This document shows, piece after piece, positions 46,644-55,221 of a stretch of 64,000 nt of DNA. Positions within the stretch are counted from its first letter, which is position 1. Every line of letters starts with the position of its first letter. The notes below the pieces were generated by a model. The model did no database searches, was not told the DNA's origin, and saw only the letters and a list, made by a program, of their open reading frames with translations. The position numbers and the translations under genes are program-made. The stretch is from an uncultured Bacilli bacterium (GTDB taxonomy: Bacteria; Bacillota_I; Bacilli_A; RF39; UBA660), in assembly GCA_934095865.1 (NCBI GenBank), contig CAKOKU010000006.1, positions 175 through 64,174 on the forward strand, read 5' to 3'.

Positions 46644-47948
46644 ATGAAGGGAAAATTCGGAAAAATTTGTTTAGTAGCTATTTTAACAATAATAGTTATT
46701 ACGAGTTTTTTCGCCTCCTATGCTTATCAAAATCAAACTAAAGAACCAGAAAATAAAAATGCTTCTCTTGTTTTAGCCGATGAAAACTTTAGTATTAACT
46801 ATAAAGATGGAAACTACTTTGAAGTTAATCAGTTAGCACATGACGAAACAATTATTAAACACTTAACAATAACCAATGTGCTAGATGCGCCTAACTATAT
46901 AAGTATTGCTCTTATGGATATCAACAAAAAAAGTGATAATATAAGTGTTAAACTACTAGATGTAGCTGGTAATGTTATTTATGAAGATACGCTCGGAAAC
47001 ATGGATACAGAACTTTTAAAAAATAAAGAGATAGCCCCAAGACAAACCCTTACCTTTGATATAGTTATAACTAATCAAGACGAAGATTTATTAACCGGCT
47101 TTAGTGCTAATATTATGGCGTATAAAAGTATAAACCTAAAAGAAGATAAAACTCTTAAAGATGTTATCCTAAGAGATAATGAGATTCAAAATATGGATAG
47201 TCATGAACTAGCAATTGATTATAGTACTAATGGACTTTTTACGGTTCTAGATGACAATGGGACTAACTATATTTTTAGAGGTAACGTCAGTAACAATTAC
47301 ATAGAATTAAATGGTATTTTATTTCGAATCTTAAGAATAAATAGTGATAATTCAGTAAGATTAATCACTGATAGTAGCATTCTAGAAAGCGCTTATATTA
47401 GTAAAATTAGTTATCAAAACTACGAACAAAATGTTCTTCTTAGTGCCAGTATTTTACCCGAAAAATTGCAAAGTTGGTATAATTCTAATTTACTAAGTCT
47501 TGATAATTTTATTGTTAACAGCACCTTTTGTAGCGAAAACGCCTTCTATTTAGAAAATAATGATGGTCGTTTCTTTAATGCTTATCAAAGAATTGTTAAC
47601 TCTATTACTCCAACTCTTAATTGCACGGGAACAGCTGAAAACGCCAAAATCGGAATTATAACTGCTGATGAAGCTCTTTTAGCAGGTGCAAACTTAAATG
47701 GTGATAACCTAGATTATTTTCTTTATAATCCAGAGGAAACTAAAGGCTTCTTCACATCTACTGGTAGTAAAGTAATCTATAACTATAATGTTGTAGACAA
47801 TTTTGCCGTAACTAATACAGGAAAATTGGATAGTGAAGCTAAAGTAACCACTTCTCTAGGAATAAGACCCGTAATTTCTTTAGATAAAAATGTTACTATA
47901 ACAGGTTTAGGTACAAATGCTAATCCTTATAAAATTAATAAACAATAG
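46644..47948 (+). CDS. Secreted protein (434 aa), shorter paralogue of the 677-aa surface protein
   Basis: The signal-like N-terminus ends FFASYAYQNQ. Shared blocks are NYIFRGNVSNNYIELNGILFRILRINSDNSVRLI, LQSWYNSNL, IGIITADEALLAG and GIRPVISLDKNVTITGLGTNANPY. Confidence 0.7.
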   Translation: MKGKFGKICLVAILTIIVITSFFASYAYQNQTKEPENKNASLVLADENFSINYKDGNYFEVNQLAHDETIIKHLTITNVLDAPNYISIALMDINKKSDNISVKLLDVAGNVIYEDTLGNMDTELLKNKEIAPRQTLTFDIVITNQDEDLLTGFSANIMAYKSINLKEDKTLKDVILRDNEIQNMDSHELAIDYSTNGLFTVLDDNGTNYIFRGNVSNNYIELNGILFRILRINSDNSVRLITDSSILESAYISKISYQNYEQNVLLSASILPEKLQSWYNSNLLSLDNFIVNSTFCSENAFYLENNDGRFFNAYQRIVNSITPTLNCTGTAENAKIGIITADEALLAGANLNGDNLDYFLYNPEETKGFFTSTGSKVIYNYNVVDNFAVTNTGKLDSEAKVTTSLGIRPVISLDKNVTITGLGTNANPYKINKQ

Positions 47949-48111
47949 CTTATAGATTAGATTTTATGCATCTATCATTTTAAAAATTGACTTAAAAAAA
48001 TTAAAAATTAGAAAATAATAATAATAAAACGTATCTTTTTACTAAAAGTTAGGATAAATATGCCAAAATATCTATCATCTTATGATATAATACCAAATAG
48101 GTGATAAGAAA

Positions 48112-49419
48112 ATGTTTGAATATATGGGCGACCGACTTACTAAAGCAATAAAAAACATTAGAGGCATGGGTCGTATTACAGAAGAAAATATTAACGAGGC
48201 AACAAGAGAAATTCGTATGGCCTTATTAGAAGCTGACGTTAACTATGTTGTTGTTAAAGAATTTATAAATGATGTTAAAGAAAAAGCCTTAGGTCAAGAA
48301 GTAGATAAATCTTTAAAACCGGATGAACTTTTTATTAAAATTGTTAAAGATGAATTAGTTGCCCTTTTAGGTGGCGAGGTAGCACCTCTTTTTGTTGACG
48401 GCAATCCAGCTATATTAATGTTAGTAGGCCTTCAAGGTAGTGGTAAAACAACCAGTGCCGGCAAATTAGCCAATTATTTAAGAAAAAGAAATGCTAAAAA
48501 ACCATTATTAGTAGCTTGTGATATTTATAGACCAGCTGCTGTTGAGCAGTTAAAAACTTTAGGCAAAGAATTAAATATACCTGTTTTCAGTAAAGATAAT
48601 GCTAAAGTTACAGATATAGTTAAAGAAGCCATAGATTTTGCTAAAGAAAATAATAATGATTATATAATCATAGATACAGCTGGTCGTCTTCATATTGACG
48701 AAGCTTTAATGGCTGAATTAAAAGAAGTCGAAAAATTATGCAATCCTGAAGAAGAAATTTTAGTCATTGACGCGATGATGGGCCAAGATGCCATTAATGT
48801 TATCAAAGGGTTTAATGAAAAGCTAAATTTAACCGGTTGTATACTAACTAAATTAGATGGTAATACTAAAGGCGGTGTTGCCCTATCTGTTAGACACTTA
48901 ACTAATATTCCTATTAAGTTTGTTGGTGACAGTGAAAAACTAGATGGCTTAACTGTATTTGACCCTGAACGTATGGCGGAACGAATCCTTGACATGGGTG
49001 ATATTATGGCTATTGCTCAAAAAGTTGAAGACGTTATTAGCGAAGATGAAGTATTAGCTCAAGCTGAAAAAATGAAAAAAGGCAAATATGATTTAGAAGA
49101 TTTTCTTTTAAATTTAAAACAAATAAAAAAGTTAGGACCTTTAGATAAATTTTTAAAACTATTACCCCAAGCAAGAGAAATCGGCTTAAATAATATTAAT
49201 ATTGATCCAAAAGATATGGCTCATATTGAGGCTATTGTCTTATCAATGACAAAAGAAGAAAGACAACACCCTGAAATATTAAAGGCTAGCCGTAAAATAA
49301 GAATAGCTAAAGGTAGCGGCCGTAGTGTTGAAGAAGTTAATAAACTTTTAAAACAATTTGAAACTATGCAAAAAATGATGAAACAATTTTCTAATGGTAA
49401 CTTTAAAATGCCATTTTAA
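48112..49419 (+). CDS. ffh: Signal recognition particle protein Ffh
   Basis: NG domain GLQGSGKTTSAGKLA, DTAGRL and TKLDG, plus a Met-rich M domain. Confidence 0.95.
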   Translation: MFEYMGDRLTKAIKNIRGMGRITEENINEATREIRMALLEADVNYVVVKEFINDVKEKALGQEVDKSLKPDELFIKIVKDELVALLGGEVAPLFVDGNPAILMLVGLQGSGKTTSAGKLANYLRKRNAKKPLLVACDIYRPAAVEQLKTLGKELNIPVFSKDNAKVTDIVKEAIDFAKENNNDYIIIDTAGRLHIDEALMAELKEVEKLCNPEEEILVIDAMMGQDAINVIKGFNEKLNLTGCILTKLDGNTKGGVALSVRHLTNIPIKFVGDSEKLDGLTVFDPERMAERILDMGDIMAIAQKVEDVISEDEVLAQAEKMKKGKYDLEDFLLNLKQIKKLGPLDKFLKLLPQAREIGLNNINIDPKDMAHIEAIVLSMTKEERQHPEILKASRKIRIAKGSGRSVEEVNKLLKQFETMQKMMKQFSNGNFKMPF

Positions 49420-49441
49420 CAAACAATTTTATATTTTTTCC

Positions 49442-49490
49442 AAGAACTGCAATGAAATTAATTAATTAATCTCCAACAGTTCTTTTTTTA
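49442..49490 (+). terminator. Terminator after ffh
   Basis: AAGAACTG...CAGTTCTT stem with a large loop, followed by a T-run. Confidence 0.5.
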
Positions 49491-49599
49491 TTATTTGAAC
49501 AAGTTCTTCCTTTCTTCTTTTATCTCCAAGTCTTATACGGACAATTGACCTATTTAGAATATAAAATAAGCATAAACTAAATTAGAAAGGATTGTTATT

Positions 49600-49908
49600 A
49601 TGATAAGAAACCGTTGTTTTGATATGGGGGCAATGAATTTTGATGCTACCCAAGCTAATATGAACAATACGCCAAATGACAAGATGAACATGGATAATAA
49701 CTTTACTGGTTGCAACATGGCCCCTATAATGGAATGCCCTCAAGAAAGATGCTGCCATCGTGAAATTCACCATGAAGTAAAACACGTAATTCCAGTAAAC
49801 ACAAGAATCTTAAATCATCATATTATTCACCATACTTACGTTCCTATGTATACATGCTGTGAAGAAAATGATTGTTGTGATGTTTATGATAATAAATGTT
49901 GTATGTAA
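49600..49908 (+). CDS. CotD-like Cys/His-rich spore coat protein
   Basis: CNMAPIMECPQERCCHREIHHEVKHVIPVNTRILNHHIIHHTYVPMYTCC resembles the Bacillus CotD pattern (His/Cys-rich, repeated V/IP..H..H). Confidence 0.5.
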   Translation: MIRNRCFDMGAMNFDATQANMNNTPNDKMNMDNNFTGCNMAPIMECPQERCCHREIHHEVKHVIPVNTRILNHHIIHHTYVPMYTCCEENDCCDVYDNKCCM

Positions 49909-50176
49909 TTTAAAAGAAAAGTTTTTTTCTACTATAAAGTGCATTAATTAATTTCGTAAAAAGGGATTAAGACTGCACTTTTTAATTGCTATAAAATAAT
50001 CTTGGCATAGTGAGACTTTAATTTCTACAAAATAGGGTAGTAATTACTGTTAAAAAAATTAATTTATGATAAAATAGAAAAGAATGTTCCCAATGAAACT
50101 AATTTATCAGTTTTTGAAGGAAATCAATAATTAATCTGTAATATATATAAATAGATATAATTATAAAGGAGTAAAT

Positions 50177-50734
50177 ATGTATAGTTATATAAAAGGAATT
50201 ATAACCGAAATTGCCACTAATTATGTTGTCATCGAAAATAATGAAATTGGCTATCAAATATTTATAGGAAACCCTTATGTTTACCGTGAAAATAAGGAAT
50301 ACACTATTTATTTATACAATTATATTCGCGAAGATGAACATAGTCTATATGGCTTTAAAAATATTCAGGAGCGTAACTTGTTTTTACGTTTAATTAATGT
50401 TAAAGGTCTTGGTCCTAAAATGGCTTTGCCAATGGTTTCAACTGGAAATACTAATGATGTCATAGAAGCTATTGAAAGAGAAAACTTGGTTTATTTAACT
50501 AAATTTCCTAAAGTTGGCGACAAAGTAGCCCGTCAAATAATTCTTGATTTAAAAGGAAAACTTGCCGACCACCAAGATTTATTTGCTGTCAAAGATTTAG
50601 ATGAATTAGTCGGAGTTTTAGAATCTCTTGGCTATAAGAAAAATGATATTAAGGCTATCTTACCTAAAGTTGATGCAACAAAAGATTTAGAATTACAAAT
50701 TAAAGATGCCCTTAAATTATTAATGAGTAGGTAG
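50177..50734 (+). CDS. ruvA: Holliday junction helicase subunit RuvA
   Basis: MYSYIKGIITEI..., helix-hairpin-helix LINVKGLGPKMAL and FPKVGDKVARQI, and the C-terminal domain III. Confidence 0.92.
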   Translation: MYSYIKGIITEIATNYVVIENNEIGYQIFIGNPYVYRENKEYTIYLYNYIREDEHSLYGFKNIQERNLFLRLINVKGLGPKMALPMVSTGNTNDVIEAIERENLVYLTKFPKVGDKVARQIILDLKGKLADHQDLFAVKDLDELVGVLESLGYKKNDIKAILPKVDATKDLELQIKDALKLLMSR

Positions 50735-50736
50735 TT

Positions 50737-51309
50737 ATGAAAAAAATAGGGATTGATATAGATGATACTGTAATGAATACAATAGATATCATTGACAAAG
50801 AAGCACTGTATTTTGATAAAAATTTTGTCCAAAATCGCGGCTATAAAGATAAAAATAAATATGAATTTAATGAAAGATTTTATTGGGACTCGGAAACCAA
50901 AAGAGCTTTCTTTAAATATTTTCGTCAAAACAAAAAATACTTAGAAGCTACCCCAAAAGAAGATGCTGTTTATTATCTGAATAAACTATATGACGAAGGA
51001 TATGAAATATATTTTATAACAAGACGAAGCGCTGATGCTGATTTTGATGTTCTTGAGTTAACTAAAAAAGACTTGACTACTAAGGGTTTTAAATATACTG
51101 ATGTTTATATTGGCGTTTCTAAAAAAGGCCAAAAGTGTCAAGAATTGGGTATAGACATTTTTATAGATGATTCACTTGAACAGATTTTGGATGTCGAAAG
51201 TTATGGCATTAAAACCATATTAATTGATAATTGGTATAATAAAGATTATCAAAAAGAAAAATATTCTAATTTCAAAGATATATATAATAAAATTAAAGAA
51301 TTAATCTAA
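50737..51309 (+). CDS. HAD-superfamily 5'(3')-deoxyribonucleotidase-like phosphatase
   Basis: N-terminal IGIDIDDTV (DxDxT) motif, a later ITRR segment and FIDDS. Confidence 0.55.
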   Translation: MKKIGIDIDDTVMNTIDIIDKEALYFDKNFVQNRGYKDKNKYEFNERFYWDSETKRAFFKYFRQNKKYLEATPKEDAVYYLNKLYDEGYEIYFITRRSADADFDVLELTKKDLTTKGFKYTDVYIGVSKKGQKCQELGIDIFIDDSLEQILDVESYGIKTILIDNWYNKDYQKEKYSNFKDIYNKIKELI

Positions 51310-51332
51310 AAAATAGTAAGGAGGATTTAACT

Positions 51333-52331
51333 ATGCAAGATGATATTTATAACTTAAATTTAAAAGAAGATGAGTTTGATAAAAATATAAGACCAGAAAC
51401 TTTAGATGAATATGTTGGTCAGACTGAAATTAAAGAAAACCTAAAGATTTTTATTAAAGCCTGTATGCTTCGAAATGAGGTTTTAGATCATGTTTTGTTG
51501 TATGGACCTCCTGGCCTTGGTAAAACAACTCTTGCTCATATCATTGCTAATGAATTAGGCGTTAATATCAAAACTGCATCAGGACCTTCTATTGAAAAGT
51601 CTGGTGACTTAGCGGCCATTTTATCAAGTCTTGAAGAAGGCGATGTCTTATTTATTGATGAAATTCATCGTATGCCAAGATTTATTGAAGAAATATTATA
51701 TCCTGCTATGGAAGATTTTGAATTAGATATTGTGGTTGGCCAAGAAGGCAATACTCGTAACATTAAAATAGATTTACCACCATTTACTTTAGTTGGAGCA
51801 ACCACTAGAGCCGGTGATATTTCCAGTCCACTACGTGATCGATTTGGCATTGTATCTAAATTGAATTACTATACCGATGAGGAATTAACTGATATTATTT
51901 TAAGAACATCAAAGGTCTTAAAAATGCCAATTGAAAAAGAAGCCGCCGTTGAATTAGCGAAAAGAAGTCGAAAAACACCACGTATTGCTAACCGTTTGTT
52001 TAAACGCGTAAGAGATTTTGCTCTTGTTGCTGGTGATAAAATAATTACTAAGGAACTAACCAAAAGCGCCTTAGCTCGTTTAAAAGTAGATAATTCTGGT
52101 CTTGATGCTATTGATATAGAATATTTAGAAGCTTTAATTTTAAAATTCAATGGTGGTCCCGTTGGTGCCGGTACAATAGCAACGTCAATTGGTGAAGAAG
52201 TTACAACAGTTGAAGATGTTGTTGAGCCTTTTCTTTTGCAAGAAGGTTTTGTAAAAAGAACCCAAAGAGGTCGTATAGCAACGGATAAAGCATATTTGCA
52301 CCTTGGCCTTGAAAAACAAAATAAAAAATAA
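51333..52331 (+). CDS. ruvB: Holliday junction helicase RuvB
   Basis: [11 protein letters not shown], Walker [10 protein letters not shown], Walker B LFIDEIHR, sensor ATTR. Confidence 0.97.
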   Translation: MQDDIYNLNLKEDEFDKNIRPETLDEYVGQTEIKENLKIFIKACMLRNEVLDHVLLYGPPGLGKTTLAHIIANELGVNIKTASGPSIEKSGDLAAILSSLEEGDVLFIDEIHRMPRFIEEILYPAMEDFELDIVVGQEGNTRNIKIDLPPFTLVGATTRAGDISSPLRDRFGIVSKLNYYTDEELTDIILRTSKVLKMPIEKEAAVELAKRSRKTPRIANRLFKRVRDFALVAGDKIITKELTKSALARLKVDNSGLDAIDIEYLEALILKFNGGPVGAGTIATSIGEEVTTVEDVVEPFLLQEGFVKRTQRGRIATDKAYLHLGLEKQNKK

Positions 52332-52358
52332 TTTTTTCGCAAGGAAGATAAATTTTTA

Positions 52359-52384
52359 GCATCTAATTTTTGTTAGATGCTTTT
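52359..52384 (+). terminator. Terminator after ruvB
   Basis: GCATCTAA-TTTTTG-TTAGATGC followed by TTTT. Confidence 0.75.
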
Positions 52385-52550
52385 AAAATCTTATCCTAAT
52401 CAGCAATCCAAATTTTTTAAAAGACTGTTTAAATATACTATCTATTGAACTAAGTGTAGGTGATTTAAATTAAAAAATCTATAACAAAAATAATTTACAT
52501 TAAGTAGTGATTTTGCTATAATTATTTTAAGAATAAGGAGAGCTAGTGCG

Positions 52551-54638
52551 ATGAAAGACAGTCAAACTATATTAAAAAGATTAGAAAATTTATTACAACC
52601 TAAATCAGTAATTCTTACCTCTTTATATGAAAAAAGAGATAAAAATAATAATACTATTGCTAAGAAAAATAAAGCAATAGCCGAAAAACAAGAAAAGATA
52701 GCTAAACTTAATAAAGATATAGCTACTTTAAACGAAGAAAATGAAACGTTGGTATCAACTTTAACGCCAATAAAAGACAATGATTTTAAGTTAATTATAA
52801 GCACTTTAAAATTAAATATTAACATTAAAGAAACCTTAAATAAATTAACAAATCATTTGCCACTTCAAATTACCATTCGTCAAAATGATATCAAAGATAT
52901 TACTTCATCAATTGAAGAAGATAATGAAAAGGTAGCAGAATGCACTGAAGAAAATAATACTTTGGAAAAAGATATTACAGTGGCTTTGTTAAACCAAGAA
53001 AAATTAACATCTTTAGTTAAAGAAGCTCTTAGTGGTGATGTCAAGAGAAATAGAGATGAAGTAACTTCCATCTTAACTTCGGTTGAATTTACACCTGCCG
53101 AGGCTATAAGTGCTGCTAAATTGATAATGTTTCCAGAAGATGAATTAATACCATTCTTCAAAGACTTTACGTTCCCTGAAATCGAATCTAAAGAAGAAAG
53201 CAAAACTGATAGTAATGAACATAATTCTCTTTCTGATTTTAATATTTTTAATATAACTTTTGATAATGAAAAAGGGTCAGCTGACGAAGAAACGGGCAGC
53301 TCTTCTGTTGAAGTGCCAAATGAACAAGAAGGTGAACCAACTAAAACCGATGATGAACCAATAAGTCTTAACGAAGATAATGAAACCTTTGCTAATATTT
53401 TAGAAGATGAAACCCCAATCTCATTTGAGAAATTAAAACAAGCATTTATGAGTAGTGATGATGAGGCTGAAGAACCTGATAAAGAAATCGCTGATACTTT
53501 AGAAGATATTGCCCTAAATCTTGAAAACTTAACTTCTGCTACTGAAGAAAAAAACGAACCAATAGAAGAATCTAATGTTAATGATGATGCAGAAATTTCA
53601 GCGAATCCAGAAGAATCTGAAGCAGAACTAAATTCAGAACCCGAAAATACAGAACAAGAAACAAAAGATGAAACCCCAGCTTCTAAATTAGATTTAAGTT
53701 TTCTAGATAAATCTTTAGAAGACCTTGCTTTAGTTAATATCACTAGCGCTGATGTCGATGAAAATAAATTAAAAGAAACTATTAACTCAAACGCTATTGA
53801 CACTTCTAGTATATCATTAACTATTTATAAATATGGTTTAGATAATTATTTAGAAAATATCAATATCCTAAAAAATAATGGCTATAATCCAACGGCGATG
53901 GAATTAGATAAATTTGGCATTAGCCTTGCTTTAGTAACACCGACTGAACTTCAAGCAAAACTAAAAGTCTTAAATGATTACAAAATTGATTTAAAGATGC
54001 CAAACGGAAAACTTGCTTTAAAAGTATTATGCGTACCAACTGAAAAATTAGTAGATAAATTAGATGCCATCATTGAGTGTCAAGAAAATAATTTATTAAT
54101 TTACGATGTAAACGTATTAAGTAAAAATGTTACTAACATTATTGAATGTATTATGTTCTGTAAAAAATATGGAATACCTTATACCGAAGAGAAGAATAAC
54201 ATCTTAGTATACCGTCCTTATGTATATAGTGAATCTTCTCTAGAAAAATTAGTAGAAAAGAAAGTAGACTTAAATTTATTACCTACCAAAGAGGAAAGCA
54301 ATAAAAAACTAGTAGATTACTTAAATCAAGAAGTTCTATCATGTTTAACAGATGCCAACCAATCACTTTTAACTGTTAAATTAAATAATGCGACTGCTTT
54401 TGACAAATTTACAGCTCTAGAACAAAAATTAGAGAGTACTTTCATGGTAAAAGGAAATGCTTATATAATCAATGGTAGTGCTTTCTCAGTTCAAAATACA
54501 AAACGTAATTTAATTGTCTTAGCAAATAGTAATCTAACTGCCAGCACCTGTGAACTTCTTACTTCGGCTTTATTCTTTAACAGTGGCAAAGATGTTACAA
54601 ATATAGCTAAAGTAAAAGAAAGCATAGGGGAGGAATAA
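52551..54638 (+). CDS. Acidic coiled-coil protein with C-terminal helical-repeat region, function unknown
   Basis: 695-aa ORF with a coiled-coil N-terminus, an acidic low-complexity middle, and C-terminal repeats of about 30-35 aa of the type L..L...G(Y/I)...P.EL..KL. Confidence 0.6.
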   Translation: MKDSQTILKRLENLLQPKSVILTSLYEKRDKNNNTIAKKNKAIAEKQEKIAKLNKDIATLNEENETLVSTLTPIKDNDFKLIISTLKLNINIKETLNKLTNHLPLQITIRQNDIKDITSSIEEDNEKVAECTEENNTLEKDITVALLNQEKLTSLVKEALSGDVKRNRDEVTSILTSVEFTPAEAISAAKLIMFPEDELIPFFKDFTFPEIESKEESKTDSNEHNSLSDFNIFNITFDNEKGSADEETGSSSVEVPNEQEGEPTKTDDEPISLNEDNETFANILEDETPISFEKLKQAFMSSDDEAEEPDKEIADTLEDIALNLENLTSATEEKNEPIEESNVNDDAEISANPEESEAELNSEPENTEQETKDETPASKLDLSFLDKSLEDLALVNITSADVDENKLKETINSNAIDTSSISLTIYKYGLDNYLENINILKNNGYNPTAMELDKFGISLALVTPTELQAKLKVLNDYKIDLKMPNGKLALKVLCVPTEKLVDKLDAIIECQENNLLIYDVNVLSKNVTNIIECIMFCKKYGIPYTEEKNNILVYRPYVYSESSLEKLVEKKVDLNLLPTKEESNKKLVDYLNQEVLSCLTDANQSLLTVKLNNATAFDKFTALEQKLESTFMVKGNAYIINGSAFSVQNTKRNLIVLANSNLTASTCELLTSALFFNSGKDVTNIAKVKESIGEE

Positions 54639-54639
54639 A

Positions 54640-54927
54640 ATGAATTATTTAGAAAAACTTGGTTTCACTCAAGAAGAAATCATCGAATTTGCCCAAAATA
54701 TTCCGGAAAATTTAAAAAAGGTCTTAACCAAAGAAGAAGCGTTAGTAAGTGCAAATATTAATTTTTTACATGAACTTGGAATCAATAACTATAAAGAAAT
54801 ATTTATAACTTATTATGATATGTTTTTGATGGACAGTTCTAAATTTCAAGAAGTTTTTAATAAATACGATCAAGAAGATTTAATTGATAAATTAAATAAG
54901 AATATGACAATTATAGAATATCTATAA
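54640..54927 (+). CDS. Small helical-repeat protein, coupled to the upstream gene
   Basis: Starts 1 nt after the upstream stop. Two repeats, LEKLGFTQEEIIEFAQNIPENL and LHELGINNYKEIFITYYDMF. Confidence 0.55.
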   Translation: MNYLEKLGFTQEEIIEFAQNIPENLKKVLTKEEALVSANINFLHELGINNYKEIFITYYDMFLMDSSKFQEVFNKYDQEDLIDKLNKNMTIIEYL

Positions 54928-54941
54928 TTAGACTAAATAAT

Positions 54942-54980
54942 AAGGAGGTATCTTTATAAGAAAGGATACTTCCTTTTTTA
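54942..54980 (+). terminator. Rho-independent terminator
   Basis: 14-bp stem AAGGAGGTATCTTT/AAAGGATACTTCCTT (includes G-U pairs) followed by TTTTTT. Confidence 0.75.
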
Positions 54981-55221
54981 GTAACTTTAAATAATAAAAA
55001 TATCTTAAATTAATAAAAATAATGAATTTCCTAGGTAATTTAAAGTATTAAAAACATCATTAATTATCCAAATTTAAAAATAATTTCTAAATTATTAAGA
55101 AAGAATTAAGGCACAACATACGAATGACATCACATTTAGTTTCATATTAAACATTAAAATCTCACCTTTAATTTACTTATAATATCAACCATGCTATAAT
55201 ACTGTTATGAAAGAGGTTTAT

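Noticed and set aside
52880-53803. 307-aa Ser-rich ORF antisense to the 695-aa acidic protein gene
   Set aside because: It mirrors GAA/GAT-rich coding sequence (TTC/ATC on the opposite strand) and has low-complexity S/F/L composition and no RBS. The same reasoning applies to the antisense ORFs at 42856-43329 (dnaK), 45515-45856 (dnaJ G/F region), 51869-52342 (ruvB), 41003-41344 (grpE), 48690-48995 (ffh), 40396-40692 (hrcA) and 9905-10183 (ytxH-like).
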